DNA of 63,892 nucleotides, filler included, from Acidimicrobiia bacterium (GCA_041619515.1; 12 parts of 12 records of this genome joined end to end with filler, not necessarily neighbours in it); one strand, 5' to 3'; positions 20,846 to 30,230 are shown, counted from the whole stretch's first letter. Notes: generated from the sequence alone by a model not told the origin. Made by a program: numbers and translations.

Positions 20846-22375
20846 CTACGTGGCGAGCAGCGCCCGGACGGTCTCCACCGTGTCTGCCTCGGCGGCCGTC
20901 TTGTCCTCCCGGTAGCCCTTGACCCGGGCAAACCGCAGGGCGATGCCGCCTGGGTAGCGGGAGCTGCGTTGCACGCCGTCGAACGCGATCTCGACCACCT
21001 GCTCTGGGCGCACGAACACGATGTGACCCTTCCTGTGTGTTTCCAGCTGGAGAAACCGCTCGGTTTGCCAGGCCAGCAGCTCATCGGTCAGGCCCTTGAA
21101 GGTCTTCCCGAGCATGGTGAACTCGCCGGCGCCGGGACCGCGGGCGCCCAGATGGAGGTTGGAGAGCCATCCTTGGCGCCGTCCCGAGCCCCATTCCACG
21201 GCCAGCACAACGAGGTCGAGCGTGTGTACCGGCTTCACCTTGACCCATCCGGCCCCGCGCCGCCCGGCTTTGTACGGCGATTCCAGGGACTTCACGACGA
21301 CGCCCTCGTGGCCGGCTTCGAGGGCCCGTTCGAAGAACGCCTCGGCGGCGGCCGGGTCGGAGGTCTCGATACGGGGGGCAATCAGGCCGGCCGGCACTGC
21401 CGAGGCGAGCGCTTGTGCGCGTTCTCGAGCCGGCTGGTCGATGAGGTCGCTCCCATCGAGGTGGAGACAGTCGAAGAAGAACGGGACGAGAGGAATCTCG
21501 GCGCCCGTGTGCCCGATGTCCGACTGCCGTCCGAAGCGGCTCATCGTGACCTGAAACGGGCGGGGCCGGCCCGCGCTGTCGAGGGCGATCGCCTCTCCGT
21601 CGAGGATGAGGGAGCCGGCGTCGAGGGCGGCAATCTCCTCGACGATCTCGGGTATCCATTCGGTGATCTCGCGCAAGTTGCGCGTGTATACCCGGACCTC
21701 TCGACCCAAGCGATGTGCCTGGATCCGTGCCCCGTCGATCTTGTACTCGATCGCCGCCGGGCCGGCCTTCTCGAGCGCCGCGGCCACCTCCGGGGCGGTT
21801 TGTGCCAGCATCGGCTGGAGAGGAGAGAACAGCTGGAGGCCGAATTCCGAGAGACTGGAGGCACCCTCGGAGACGGCCGTTCGGCCGACCGCGGCCAGGT
21901 CGCCGCTCACCATGGCCGCTCTGCGAACGAGGCCGACCGGCACGCCGGCAGCCTCCGCAATGGCTTCCTCCATGATCCCGCCGGAGGCGCCCTGGCGAAG
22001 CTCGCCGAGGATCAAACCACGCAGGAAGGCTTGTTCGGGGCCCGTAGCCGCCGCCATGAGATCGGTCAGCGCCTGCCGTCGCCGGAGCTGGGAGCCCGGT
22101 CCGGATTGCCCTGCCAGCTCGGCGAAGACCTCGTCCACCCGGCGCACGGTGAGCGTGGCGCCGGGCGCAGGCGACACCTCGATGGCGGTCACGGCCGCAT
22201 AGCCAAGGCCGACCTTCCCCTGGGGCAGGTTTCCGCTCAAATAGTCGACGACCAGCGGCACCACCTCCGGGGCCGACGCAGCCAGGAGGGCGGCGATCGA
22301 TGCGATCTTGGCCAGCCGGGAGCGGGTGGAGCGGACTTCGGCCGAGCAGTCGACGACCTGTCGAAACAGCATCAT
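20846..22375 (-). CDS. ATP-dependent DNA ligase (LigB-like)
   Basis: PMLAQ, EYKIDGARIQ (adenylated Lys), LDGE, FDCL, EGVVVK, WVKVK, ALRFAR. Confidence 0.95.
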   Translation of the reverse strand: MMLFRQVVDCSAEVRSTRSRLAKIASIAALLAASAPEVVPLVVDYLSGNLPQGKVGLGYAAVTAIEVSPAPGATLTVRRVDEVFAELAGQSGPGSQLRRRQALTDLMAAATGPEQAFLRGLILGELRQGASGGIMEEAIAEAAGVPVGLVRRAAMVSGDLAAVGRTAVSEGASSLSEFGLQLFSPLQPMLAQTAPEVAAALEKAGPAAIEYKIDGARIQAHRLGREVRVYTRNLREITEWIPEIVEEIAALDAGSLILDGEAIALDSAGRPRPFQVTMSRFGRQSDIGHTGAEIPLVPFFFDCLHLDGSDLIDQPARERAQALASAVPAGLIAPRIETSDPAAAEAFFERALEAGHEGVVVKSLESPYKAGRRGAGWVKVKPVHTLDLVVLAVEWGSGRRQGWLSNLHLGARGPGAGEFTMLGKTFKGLTDELLAWQTERFLQLETHRKGHIVFVRPEQVVEIAFDGVQRSSRYPGGIALRFARVKGYREDKTAAEADTVETVRALLAT

Positions 22376-22446
22376 GCATTCTTCCATCACGGAGAAGAGA
22401 AACTGCGTAGGCTCCCTCCGAGCACGTACAGCCGGAGGTTCTGACC

Positions 22447-22881
22447 GTGGCACGCCGCAGAGGGAAAGACGAGAAGATCGAGCTCTTGCGGGCGGTCCCC
22501 CTGTTCGCGAACCTCAACCGCCGCGAGCTGCAGCAGGTCGGGCGCCACGCCGACGAGGCCCAGATCCCGGAGGGCCGGGTGCTGGTCACCCAAGACACGC
22601 CCGGCAATTCGTTCTACGTCATCGTCGACGGCCGGGCCGACGTGATGCGGGATGGTCAGAAGCTGGCCGAGCTCGGCGACGGCGACTTTCTCGGTGAGAT
22701 GGCACTGCTCGAAGATCTGCCCCGTTCCGCCACGGTGATAACCACCGCCCCGACCCTCCTTCTCGAGATTCACCGGCGTGAGTTCAGCGGCGTCCTCGAG
22801 GCAGCTCCCCAACTCGCCCGCAAGATGCTGGCCACCATGGCTCACCGGCTCCGCTACGCCGATGAGCAACTGGTGACCTGA
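22447..22881 (+). CDS. Stand-alone cyclic nucleotide-binding domain protein
   Basis: LRAVPLF, FYVIVDG, FLGEMALL..PRSATV. Confidence 0.9.
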   Translation: MARRRGKDEKIELLRAVPLFANLNRRELQQVGRHADEAQIPEGRVLVTQDTPGNSFYVIVDGRADVMRDGQKLAELGDGDFLGEMALLEDLPRSATVITTAPTLLLEIHRREFSGVLEAAPQLARKMLATMAHRLRYADEQLVT

Positions 22882-22917
22882 CCGTTCAAGCTTGCCGCTG
22901 CCCTACCATTGTCCGCC

Positions 22918-24128
22918 ATGACCATCGAGCGCCGTCCCACCCGACAACTCTTCGTCGGTTCGGTTCCGGTTGGGGGCGACGCCCCCATCACCGTCCAGTC
23001 GATGACCACCACCAAGACCCACGACGTCGACGGCACGCTGGCGCAGGTGTATGCCCTCAGCGGTGCCGGAGCCGACATAGTCAGGATCACCTGCAACACG
23101 GTTGAAGCAGCCGAGGGGCTTGTCGAAATCATTCCTCGCTCGCCCGTCCCCATCATCGCCGACATACACTTCCAATACCGGCTGGCGCTGGCCGCGCTGG
23201 AGGCCGGAGTCCAGGGCCTGCGGCTCAATCCAGGCAACATCCGCAAGCCCGAGCACATCCGGGCGGTGGCCCGTGAGGCCCGCGACCGGTCTATACCCAT
23301 ACGGGTTGGGGTCAACGCCGGCTCCCTCGACAAGGACCTGCTGGAGAAATACGGGGCGCCGGTGCCCGAGGCGCTGGTCGAGTCGGCGCTCTACGAGATC
23401 GGCCTCCTCGAGGATGAGGGATTCGATCAGATCAAGATCTCGGTCAAGCACTCGAACGTCCCCAGCATGATCGCCTCCTACCGGTTGCTCTCGGAGAAGG
23501 TCGATTACCCCCTCCACCTTGGCGTCACCGAAGCCGGGCCCCCGCCGGGGGGCCTCATCAAGTCGGTTGCCGGCATCGCCTCGCTGTTGCTGGATGGGAT
23601 CGGTGACACGATCCGGTTCTCGCTCACTGCGGATCCGGTCGAAGAGGCACAGGCCGGACGCAAACTGCTCGAGTACCTCGGCTTGCGCGAGCGCAAGGGG
23701 CTCGACCTCATTGCCTGTCCGTCGTGCGGGCGGGCCGAGGTGGATGTCATCAAGGTGGCCCAGGACGCCCAGGAGGCGCTCGAACGCGAGGAGCTGCCCA
23801 TCCAGGTGGCGGTGATGGGCTGCGTCGTGAACGGTCCGGGGGAAGCTCGCGAAGCGGACATCGGCATCGCTGCCGGCCGGGGCCGGGGCCATTTGTTCAT
23901 CAAGGGCCAGGTGGTCCGGGTGGTGCCCGAGGACGAAATGGTCGAAGCGCTGCTCGATGAAGCGCGCAAGCTGGTGGAGGAGGGCGTCGAGGCGCGCCTG
24001 GCGGCGGCCGAAGCCGGCGCCGACGAAGAGGCTCAACGGGAAGCCGCGCTGTTGCGCGAGCTCCAAGGCGACGCCAACGAGTCGGCCGCCCGGCGGGCGG
24101 CGGTGGCGGAGGTTGTCCACGGCCGGAC
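22918..24128 (+). CDS. ispG: 4-hydroxy-3-methylbut-2-en-1-yl diphosphate synthase; stop codon lies beyond the contig end
   Basis: VQSMTTT, ADIHF, RLNPGNI, VGVNAGSL, HLGVTEAG, CPSCGR, VMGCVVNGPGEA. Confidence 0.97.
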
Positions 24129-24228
24129 NNNNNNNNNNNNNNNNNNNNNNNNNNNNNNNNNNNNNNNNNNNNTTAATTAATTAANNNNNNNNNNNNNNNN
24201 NNNNNNNNNNNNNNNNNNNNNNNNNNNN

Positions 24229-25227
24229 ATCGCGGCCGCCGTTGGGCGCCCGGCTCCGCTGCTGGTGTTCCCCAATCACGGGGACCACACGTTTGCCAAG
24301 GTCATGCTCGACCCCACGTCGCGAGCATTCGCGGAGGAGCGACTCGACGACATAGCCGATCCGCTGCTGCGCCAGCAGCTATGGACGTCGTTGTGGGACA
24401 TGGTTCGCGATCAGCGCCTGTCGTCTCTGCGGTACCTCGATATCGTCGAGGACAAGCTGCCGGCTGAGACCGATATCCACATCATCAAGGTGGTGGCCGA
24501 CACCGCCACCGCGGCGATCACCCGCTATGTCCCGGAAGCACACAGGATCGCAGCCGGGTCCCGATTCGTTGCCACCGGGATGCGCGCCCTCGGGGAGGCA
24601 CCTCCGGGAGACGCACTCGTGCACTGGCTGCGGGCGATACTGCTGGTGGTGGAGACTCCCGGCGATCTTGCCGTCGTGGGGCGCGTGGTCGACGAAGAGG
24701 AGGCGGTTGCGGGCCTCACCATCGACCAGGAGATGCGGTGGTCGCTGGCCGTTCGCTGGTCGGCTGCCGGCCTGGCAGACGCCTCGGCCAGGGCCGACCG
24801 GGAGCTGCAACGAGATCCGAGTGATCGGGGCCGCCAGGCGATGCTCACGGTGGAAACGGCCGTCCCCGATGCGGCCGTCAAGGAGCAGGCATGGGACCGT
24901 ATCCACGGGGATGGGTACGGTTCGCTGTATCTCGATCGATCGGCGATGGCCGGCTTCAATTGGGCCGGCCAAGCCACCCTGCTCGAGCCCTACGTCGTGC
25001 GGTTCTTCGAAGGGATCGAGACCGTCTTCGACACCAGGGAGCACGAGGCGGCGGTGGCATACTTCACCAAGCTGTACCCGAGCTACCGGGTGGATGAAGA
25101 GACGATCGGGCGGGGCCGCCGGTTGCTCACGGCACTGGACGGTCCCCCCCAGCTCACGCGGCTGCTGACCGAAGCGATCGACCGCCAGGAGCGATCCCTG
25201 GCCTGCAGGGATTTCGCAGCTTCCTAG
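24229..25227 (+). CDS. pepN: Aminopeptidase N, C-terminal (ERAP1-like) region, 5' truncated
   Basis: PNHGDHTFAKV.LD, LWDMVRD, DQEMRW, ELQRDPS, KEQAW match actinobacterial PepN C-termini. Confidence 0.85.
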   Translation: MAAAVGRPAPLLVFPNHGDHTFAKVMLDPTSRAFAEERLDDIADPLLRQQLWTSLWDMVRDQRLSSLRYLDIVEDKLPAETDIHIIKVVADTATAAITRYVPEAHRIAAGSRFVATGMRALGEAPPGDALVHWLRAILLVVETPGDLAVVGRVVDEEEAVAGLTIDQEMRWSLAVRWSAAGLADASARADRELQRDPSDRGRQAMLTVETAVPDAAVKEQAWDRIHGDGYGSLYLDRSAMAGFNWAGQATLLEPYVVRFFEGIETVFDTREHEAAVAYFTKLYPSYRVDEETIGRGRRLLTALDGPPQLTRLLTEAIDRQERSLACRDFAAS

Positions 25228-26384
25228 GCATCGAGCGTCCTGAGAAACAGGCCGGCGCCGACCTTGGGCGTGAACCACGTCGACTTGGGCGGCATCACTC
25301 CACCCGCGTCCGAGACGGCCATCACGTCGCTCACGGAGGGAGGCCGGGTGACGAACGACAGGCCCGCCTTTGCCTCACACTCGGCTGCGAGGGTTGGGAG
25401 CGCCACGTTGCCCGGCACGTAGTTGAGTCGCGGGTCGGTGCGAGGGTCGGCAACGTCGCAGATCGGGCCGAGGATGCGGTGCTGCAAACGGGCAGCGTCG
25501 AGGGCCGACACCGGGCCCTCCTCGGGGCCATGGGGCAGGCGAAGCGTGTACCAGGCGCCCTCGCAGGACACCCAGACCTCACCCGGATCGGGCGCTGCGC
25601 CCGGTTCCTCCAGCGGCCGGATCGGGAACTGGCGGGCAATGGCGGCGAGGACGTCGGAAGGCTCGTGGTGGGGGAGGTGAAGGCAGCGGTGATAGCTGAG
25701 TGTCTGCATCTGTGAGTCGGGGAAGAGGACGGCGAGGAAATGCGAGCGGGTGTCGTGGGGTGCGCCCAGGGCCCGGCGAGCCAGGGCCGCCGCTCCGGCC
25801 GATCGATGATGTCCGTCTGCGATGTACAGCGCTCGAATGCGTTCCAGCGCAGCCGGGAGACGCCGGTCACCGCCTGCGTCCCACGCCTCCTGGATTCGCT
25901 CACCGGCGGCCACCCGTATCCACGGCGGCGCCTCGGTGATAGCCGCTATCAGTTCGTCGATGGCCGGATCGGAACGGTACATCAGCGACACCGGGTACGT
26001 GGAGCCACCGACTTCCTCGAGGGCATCTGCGAGATGATCTGCGACCTCGGCCACCGTGTGCTCGTGGCGCCGGATGAGCTCTGTCTCGTAGGCGGCAACC
26101 GCCACCTCGGCGACGACGCCGACCTGGCTGTGGCCGCCCTCGCTGATCCTGTACACCCAGTATCCGCTCGTGGGTTGGAAGGTGCCGTCTTCGATCACGC
26201 GCTGCAGATACCGACGAGCCCGGGCGCGCCCGCTGGCAGCCTCCGTCAGCAGGAAGAGGCTGGTGTCCGGGTTGGCGGCGAGGATCTCCTCGCGTTCGGT
26301 GGGGCTCAGGTGTTCGGCGACGGGAGCCACCACCCGATCGGCTGCGTCCGGGCTCACGACATAGCCGACGAGCGGGCGAATCAC
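25224..26384 (-). CDS. DUF1015 family protein
   Basis: RHEHT, LYIADGHHRSA, YHR, MPPKSTWFTPK; overlaps the serC stop. Confidence 0.9.
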   Translation of the reverse strand: MIRPLVGYVVSPDAADRVVAPVAEHLSPTEREEILAANPDTSLFLLTEAASGRARARRYLQRVIEDGTFQPTSGYWVYRISEGGHSQVGVVAEVAVAAYETELIRRHEHTVAEVADHLADALEEVGGSTYPVSLMYRSDPAIDELIAAITEAPPWIRVAAGERIQEAWDAGGDRRLPAALERIRALYIADGHHRSAGAAALARRALGAPHDTRSHFLAVLFPDSQMQTLSYHRCLHLPHHEPSDVLAAIARQFPIRPLEEPGAAPDPGEVWVSCEGAWYTLRLPHGPEEGPVSALDAARLQHRILGPICDVADPRTDPRLNYVPGNVALPTLAAECEAKAGLSFVTRPPSVSDVMAVSDAGGVMPPKSTWFTPKVGAGLFLRTLDA

Positions 26385-27448
26385 CGAAACGATTCCATGT
26401 AGGAAGCGAGCGCTTCCACTCCCGAGATCGGCATGGCGTTGTACAGGCTGGCCCGGATGCCGCCGACGGAGCGGTGCCCTTTCAGATTGAGCATCCGCCG
26501 CTCCTCGGCGCCGGCGAGAAAGCGAGCCTCGGAGGCTTCGTCCGGCAGCCGGAACACCACATTCATGAGCGAGCGGGCCGCCGGGTCTACCGGGCTGCGG
26601 TAATACCCGTCGCTGTCGTCGATGGCCCGGTAGATGAGCCCGGCCCGCTCAATGGCTGCCGCCTCCATGGCGGCCAGCCCACCACGTTCCTCGATCCACT
26701 GGAGTGTCTTGCCCATCATGTAGATGGCGAAGACCGGGGGCGTGTTGTACAGCGAGTTCTTCCCGGCGTGGATATCCCAGCGCAGATAGGCGGCCAGGTC
26801 CCGGCGCGTTTCCTCCAAGACCGAGCGCCGCACAAAGACGATGGTCAGGCCGGCCGGCCCCAGGTTCTTCTGTGCTCCCCCGTAGACGACGTCGAAGCGC
26901 TCCCATGGGATGGGGCGCGACAAATAGTCGGAGGACATGTCCCCCACGAGCGGCACGTCGGTTTCCGGCCAGTCGACCATGCGGATGCCATGGATGGTCT
27001 CGTTCGACGTGACATGCACGTATCTGGTGTCGGGCCGCACGGCGACCTCCGTTGCCGCCGGCATCCGGGTGAAGCCCCCGTCCTCGCCGCTCCAGGCCGA
27101 GTAGGCATCACCATGGTGTGACGCATCCGCCAGCGCCTGGCGGCCCCACGATCCCGAGACCACATACCCCGCCGCCGCGCCCTCGCCGAGCAAATTGATC
27201 GGGACCATGGCGAACTGGAGCGTGGCGCCCCCCTGCAAGAAGAGGACATCGAAGTCGTCCGGCAGCGCAAACAGGGTGCGGACCAGGTCGATCGCCCCGT
27301 TGTGGACCGCCTCGTACTCCGGTGAGCGGTGGCTCATCTCGATGAGTGACATTCCGGCACCGCCGAAATCCACGAACTCCGCCTGTGCCCGCTCCAGAAC
27401 CTCGAGCGGAAGTGTGCACGGGCCGGCGCAGAAGTTCACCGCCCTCAT
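26381..27448 (-). CDS. serC: Phosphoserine aminotransferase
   Basis: NFCAGP, EMSHRS, LQGGA, NETIHG, DMSS, GAQKNLGPAG, YNTPP, GHRSVGGIRASLYNA. Confidence 0.97.
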   Translation of the reverse strand: MRAVNFCAGPCTLPLEVLERAQAEFVDFGGAGMSLIEMSHRSPEYEAVHNGAIDLVRTLFALPDDFDVLFLQGGATLQFAMVPINLLGEGAAAGYVVSGSWGRQALADASHHGDAYSAWSGEDGGFTRMPAATEVAVRPDTRYVHVTSNETIHGIRMVDWPETDVPLVGDMSSDYLSRPIPWERFDVVYGGAQKNLGPAGLTIVFVRRSVLEETRRDLAAYLRWDIHAGKNSLYNTPPVFAIYMMGKTLQWIEERGGLAAMEAAAIERAGLIYRAIDDSDGYYRSPVDPAARSLMNVVFRLPDEASEARFLAGAEERRMLNLKGHRSVGGIRASLYNAMPISGVEALASYMESFR

Positions 27449-28644
27449 GCGTTCATCCTCGCATGGATGACATCTGGTATCTCCACGAGGCGCGCAAGCA
27501 GCTCGGCATCGACCGAGCCCTTGAGGTCGAGAGTGGCGCTGGCTGCTTCTGCTCCCTGGAAGACGAGATTGCTCATGTGCTCGACGTTGATGCCGGCGTC
27601 GCGGATGCGGGTGAGCACCTCGGCCAGGACCCCGACCCGGTCGTGATGTCGCACCGTGATGCTCGTGGTGTCGGGGACGCGCGGCTGGAGGTTCACACAG
27701 TTGAGGATGGTTCCCGTGGCGAACGCGTCGATGATCTCCAGCACGCCCTCGGCGACGGATGCCTGAGCCTGGGCGGTCGAGGCCCCGATGTGATGGGTTC
27801 CATAGACGCGGGGGTGGGCTGCCAGGGCGGATCGAATCGTGCCGTCGCCGGTCGACGGCTCATCGGCGAACACATCCAGTCCGACCCACAGGTTCTTGGC
27901 ATCGAGCACGGCCAGCAGGGCTTCCTCGTCGATGATGTCGGCGCGGGAGGTGTTGATGAGCGTCGCACCCGGCCGGAGCGCTGCCAGCACGGCACCGTCG
28001 ACCAACTGGACCGTCTCGGCGGTGGCCGGAACATGGAAGGTGAGGATGTCGATCTCCGACGCCAGGCCGAGCAGATCGGTGTGCAGGACGAAGTCCAGGT
28101 CTTCCATCCGAGCCTTTGTTGCCCGGTCCCGGGGTTTGTCGAGAGCATGGAGGATGAGACCGAACGAAGCGGCCCGTTCGGCGACCTCCAATCCGATCGC
28201 TCCCAACCCGACGATCCCGAGACTGCGGCCCAGGAGCCCGAGCCCCTCGGAGTACATGGACTTGTTCCACGTCTGTGCTCGAAGGTCGGTCACGTTGTCG
28301 GGTATCCGTCGATCGATTGCCAGGATCAGCCCGAGGGTGAGCTCGGCGACGGCGACGGCGTTGCGCCCCGGCACGTTCGACACGTAGATGGCGCGACCTG
28401 CCGCCGCTCGCTTGTCGATTGTGTTGGTGCCGGCTCCGGCCCGGATGATCAGGGCCAGGTCGTCCGCATTCTCTATTGCCGCAGCCGGGACTTCGGTGGA
28501 TCGGACGACGAGCACGTCGAAGCCGGGCAGCGCTGCCACCAGACCGTCGCCGCTCAGGGCGGGCTGAAATGAAACGTCGTGCCCCTGTGTGCCGAGATGC
28601 TCGAGACCGGACGCGGGGAAGGAGTCGGCAACGAGAATGCGCAT
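27445..28644 (-). CDS. serA: D-3-phosphoglycerate dehydrogenase with C-terminal ACT domain
   Basis: RAGAGTNTID, NAVAVAEL, GLGAIG, INTSRA, HHIGAST, HHDRVGVLA (ACT); coupled to serC. Confidence 0.88.
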   Translation of the reverse strand: MRILVADSFPASGLEHLGTQGHDVSFQPALSGDGLVAALPGFDVLVVRSTEVPAAAIENADDLALIIRAGAGTNTIDKRAAAGRAIYVSNVPGRNAVAVAELTLGLILAIDRRIPDNVTDLRAQTWNKSMYSEGLGLLGRSLGIVGLGAIGLEVAERAASFGLILHALDKPRDRATKARMEDLDFVLHTDLLGLASEIDILTFHVPATAETVQLVDGAVLAALRPGATLINTSRADIIDEEALLAVLDAKNLWVGLDVFADEPSTGDGTIRSALAAHPRVYGTHHIGASTAQAQASVAEGVLEIIDAFATGTILNCVNLQPRVPDTTSITVRHHDRVGVLAEVLTRIRDAGINVEHMSNLVFQGAEAASATLDLKGSVDAELLARLVEIPDVIHARMNA

Positions 28645-28651
28645 CTGGATG

Positions 28652-29095
28652 TCAGGGCACGACCAAAACGGGGGTCTTGGCTACGTGCACCACGCGATCT
28701 GCCACCGACCCCACCATGATCCGCTCAACCAGTCCGGCGCCCCTTTGGCCGATGACGAGAAGCTCGGCCTCCTGTGCGTCGGCGAACGCCGCCAGCTGGT
28801 TGGCGGGATCGCCCACTTCTTCGATGGTGTCGTAGGCCACCCCGCTCAGGTCGGTGGCTGCGACGGTCTTCTCGAGCACCGCTCGCTGGGCGTCGGCGAG
28901 TGCGTTACCGAGTGACTCGGCCGGTGGCGGCGCCCCCACGATTCCCCACCAGCCCTCGGGGGGCCGCACCACCGTGACGATGAAGAGATGAGCCTCGTAA
29001 TCCCGGGCGAGTGCTGCTGCGATGTTGGCGGCCCGAAGACTTTGATCTGATCCGTCGGTCGCAGTGACGATGACTTTCGGAGACCACGATTCCAT
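28652..29095 (-). CDS. Universal stress protein
   Basis: ATDGS, GDPA, LVIGQRG, MVGSVADRVV..PVLVV; AAGGAG RBS. Confidence 0.93.
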   Translation of the reverse strand: MESWSPKVIVTATDGSDQSLRAANIAAALARDYEAHLFIVTVVRPPEGWWGIVGAPPPAESLGNALADAQRAVLEKTVAATDLSGVAYDTIEEVGDPANQLAAFADAQEAELLVIGQRGAGLVERIMVGSVADRVVHVAKTPVLVVP

Positions 29096-29143
29096 GCCAC
29101 TCCTTTGGCTCGAGGGCTGTCACCTTCGACGCTAGTCCGTCGG

Positions 29144-29374
29144 TCAGGCCGTCGGGCGCCGCCAGACTCTGGCCGCCCTGCGCTCGAGGCGCGACTGCCA
29201 CAGGCGGGCACGGCGGAGCAAGTGAATCCCGAACATGAGCGCGACGATGGCGGCAAATGCGGTCTCCAGCTCGATGCCGGTCAGCGGCAGCTGCTGGAGC
29301 GATTGGGCGTGAGTGCCGCCCAGCCCGGCTTGCAGGCTGGTTTCAGTGACTGCATAGGCAGATGATGGATCCAT
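29144..29374 (-). CDS. 76-aa mini-protein: LPLTG sortase-type motif, TM helix and Arg-rich tail, no signal peptide
   Basis: GAGGAG RBS 5 nt before the ATG; 42/48 aa identical to the C-terminus of the upstream gene with many synonymous changes. Confidence 0.78.
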   Translation of the reverse strand: MDPSSAYAVTETSLQAGLGGTHAQSLQQLPLTGIELETAFAAIVALMFGIHLLRRARLWQSRLERRAARVWRRPTA

Positions 29375-29419
29375 CAGCTCTCCTCGATCAGGCCGTCAGC
29401 CAGGACGGTAGTCGACCGA

Positions 29420-29701
29420 TCAGCGAAGTTGGCGTCTCCACACCCGGGCGGCGCGACGTTCGAGGCGCGCCTGCCATGCTCGTGCCCGGCGCAACAGGAT
29501 CACACCGAACATCAGTGCGACGATGGCGGCGAAGGCCGTTTCCAGCTCGACTCCGGTGATCGGGAGCTGCTGGAGTGCTTGCGCGGTAGTGCCTTCCACC
29601 CCGGCAGCAACCGATGTCTGGCTGGTGCCGGCGCCCCCGGCAGTTGTCGCAGGGGATGCGGCGGTGGTGGTGGTGGGTGCGGCGGTGGTGGTGGTGGGTG
29701 C
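29420..29701 (-). CDS. C-terminus of a Thr-rich surface protein with LPITG sorting signal (absent from the ORF track; 5' truncated)
   Basis: Manual translation: APTTTTAAPTTTTAASPATTAGG...LQQLPITGVELETAFAAIVALMFGVILLRRARAWQARLERRAARVWRRQLR*. Confidence 0.85.
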   Translation of the reverse strand, partial: APTTTTAAPTTTTAASPATTAGGAGTSQTSVAAGVEGTTAQALQQLPITGVELETAFAAIVALMFGVILLRRARAWQARLERRAARVWRRQLR

Positions 29702-29824
29702 GNNNNNNNNNNNNNNNNNNNNNNNNNNNNNNNNNNNNNNNNNNNNTTAATTAATTAANNNNNNNNNNNNNNNNNNNNNNNNNNNNNNNNNNNNNNNNNN
29801 NNCAACCACAAGGGTTTTCGCCGG

Positions 29825-29897
29825 TGGTCAGGGGCAGAATCGAACTGCCGACCCTCGGTTTTTCAGACCGATGCTCTACCAACTGAGCTACCTGACC
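29825..29897 (-). tRNA. tRNA-Phe (GAA)
   Basis: GGTCAGG/CCTGACC acceptor stem, TAGCTCAGTTGGTAGAGC D arm, TCGGT-CTGAAAA-ACCGA anticodon arm, GTTCGATTC T loop. Confidence 0.96.
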
Positions 29898-29943
29898 CTG
29901 GGCGCCCTTGCGGGCGCCTTGGCAGTTGCCAACGCAACTGCCG

Positions 29944-30093
29944 GGCTCTTCGCCTCCGACTCATCGCAAGGGTTCAAATCTCATCAACCTCGCCGGCGGG
30001 GACGACGGGATCTGACCTGCTGACCGGCTCTTCGCCTCCGGCTCATCGCAAGGGTTCAAATCTCATCAACCTCGCTGGCGGGGACGACGGGAT
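29944..30093. repeat. Two 68-bp direct repeats (29944-30011, 30026-30093; 82-bp period) including the tRNA-Asp 3' end
   Basis: GGCTCTTCGCCTCCG(A/G)CTCATCGCAAGGGTTCAAATCTCATCAACCTCGC(C/T)GGCGGGGACGACGGGAT twice, 2 mismatches. Confidence 0.92.
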
Positions 30094-30153
30094 TTGAACC
30101 CGCGACCTCCGGCTTGACAGGCCGGCGTGAACTCCTGACTTCACCACGCCCCC
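30076..30153 (-). tRNA. tRNA-Asp (GTC), CCA encoded
   Basis: GGGGGCG/CGTCCCC acceptor stem, CCGGC-CTGTCAA-GCCGG anticodon arm, GGTTCAAATCC T arm, GCCA end. Confidence 0.95.
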
Positions 30154-30157
30154 AGCG

Positions 30158-30230
30158 TGCCCCCAGGGGAATTCGAATCCCCGTTTCCGCCTTGAAAGGG
30201 CGGCGTCCTAGGCCTCTGGACGATGGGGGC
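30158..30230 (-). tRNA. tRNA-Glu (TTC)
   Basis: GCCCCCA/TGGGGGC acceptor stem, CCGCC-CTTTCAA-GGCGG anticodon arm, ATTCGAATT T loop. Confidence 0.95.
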
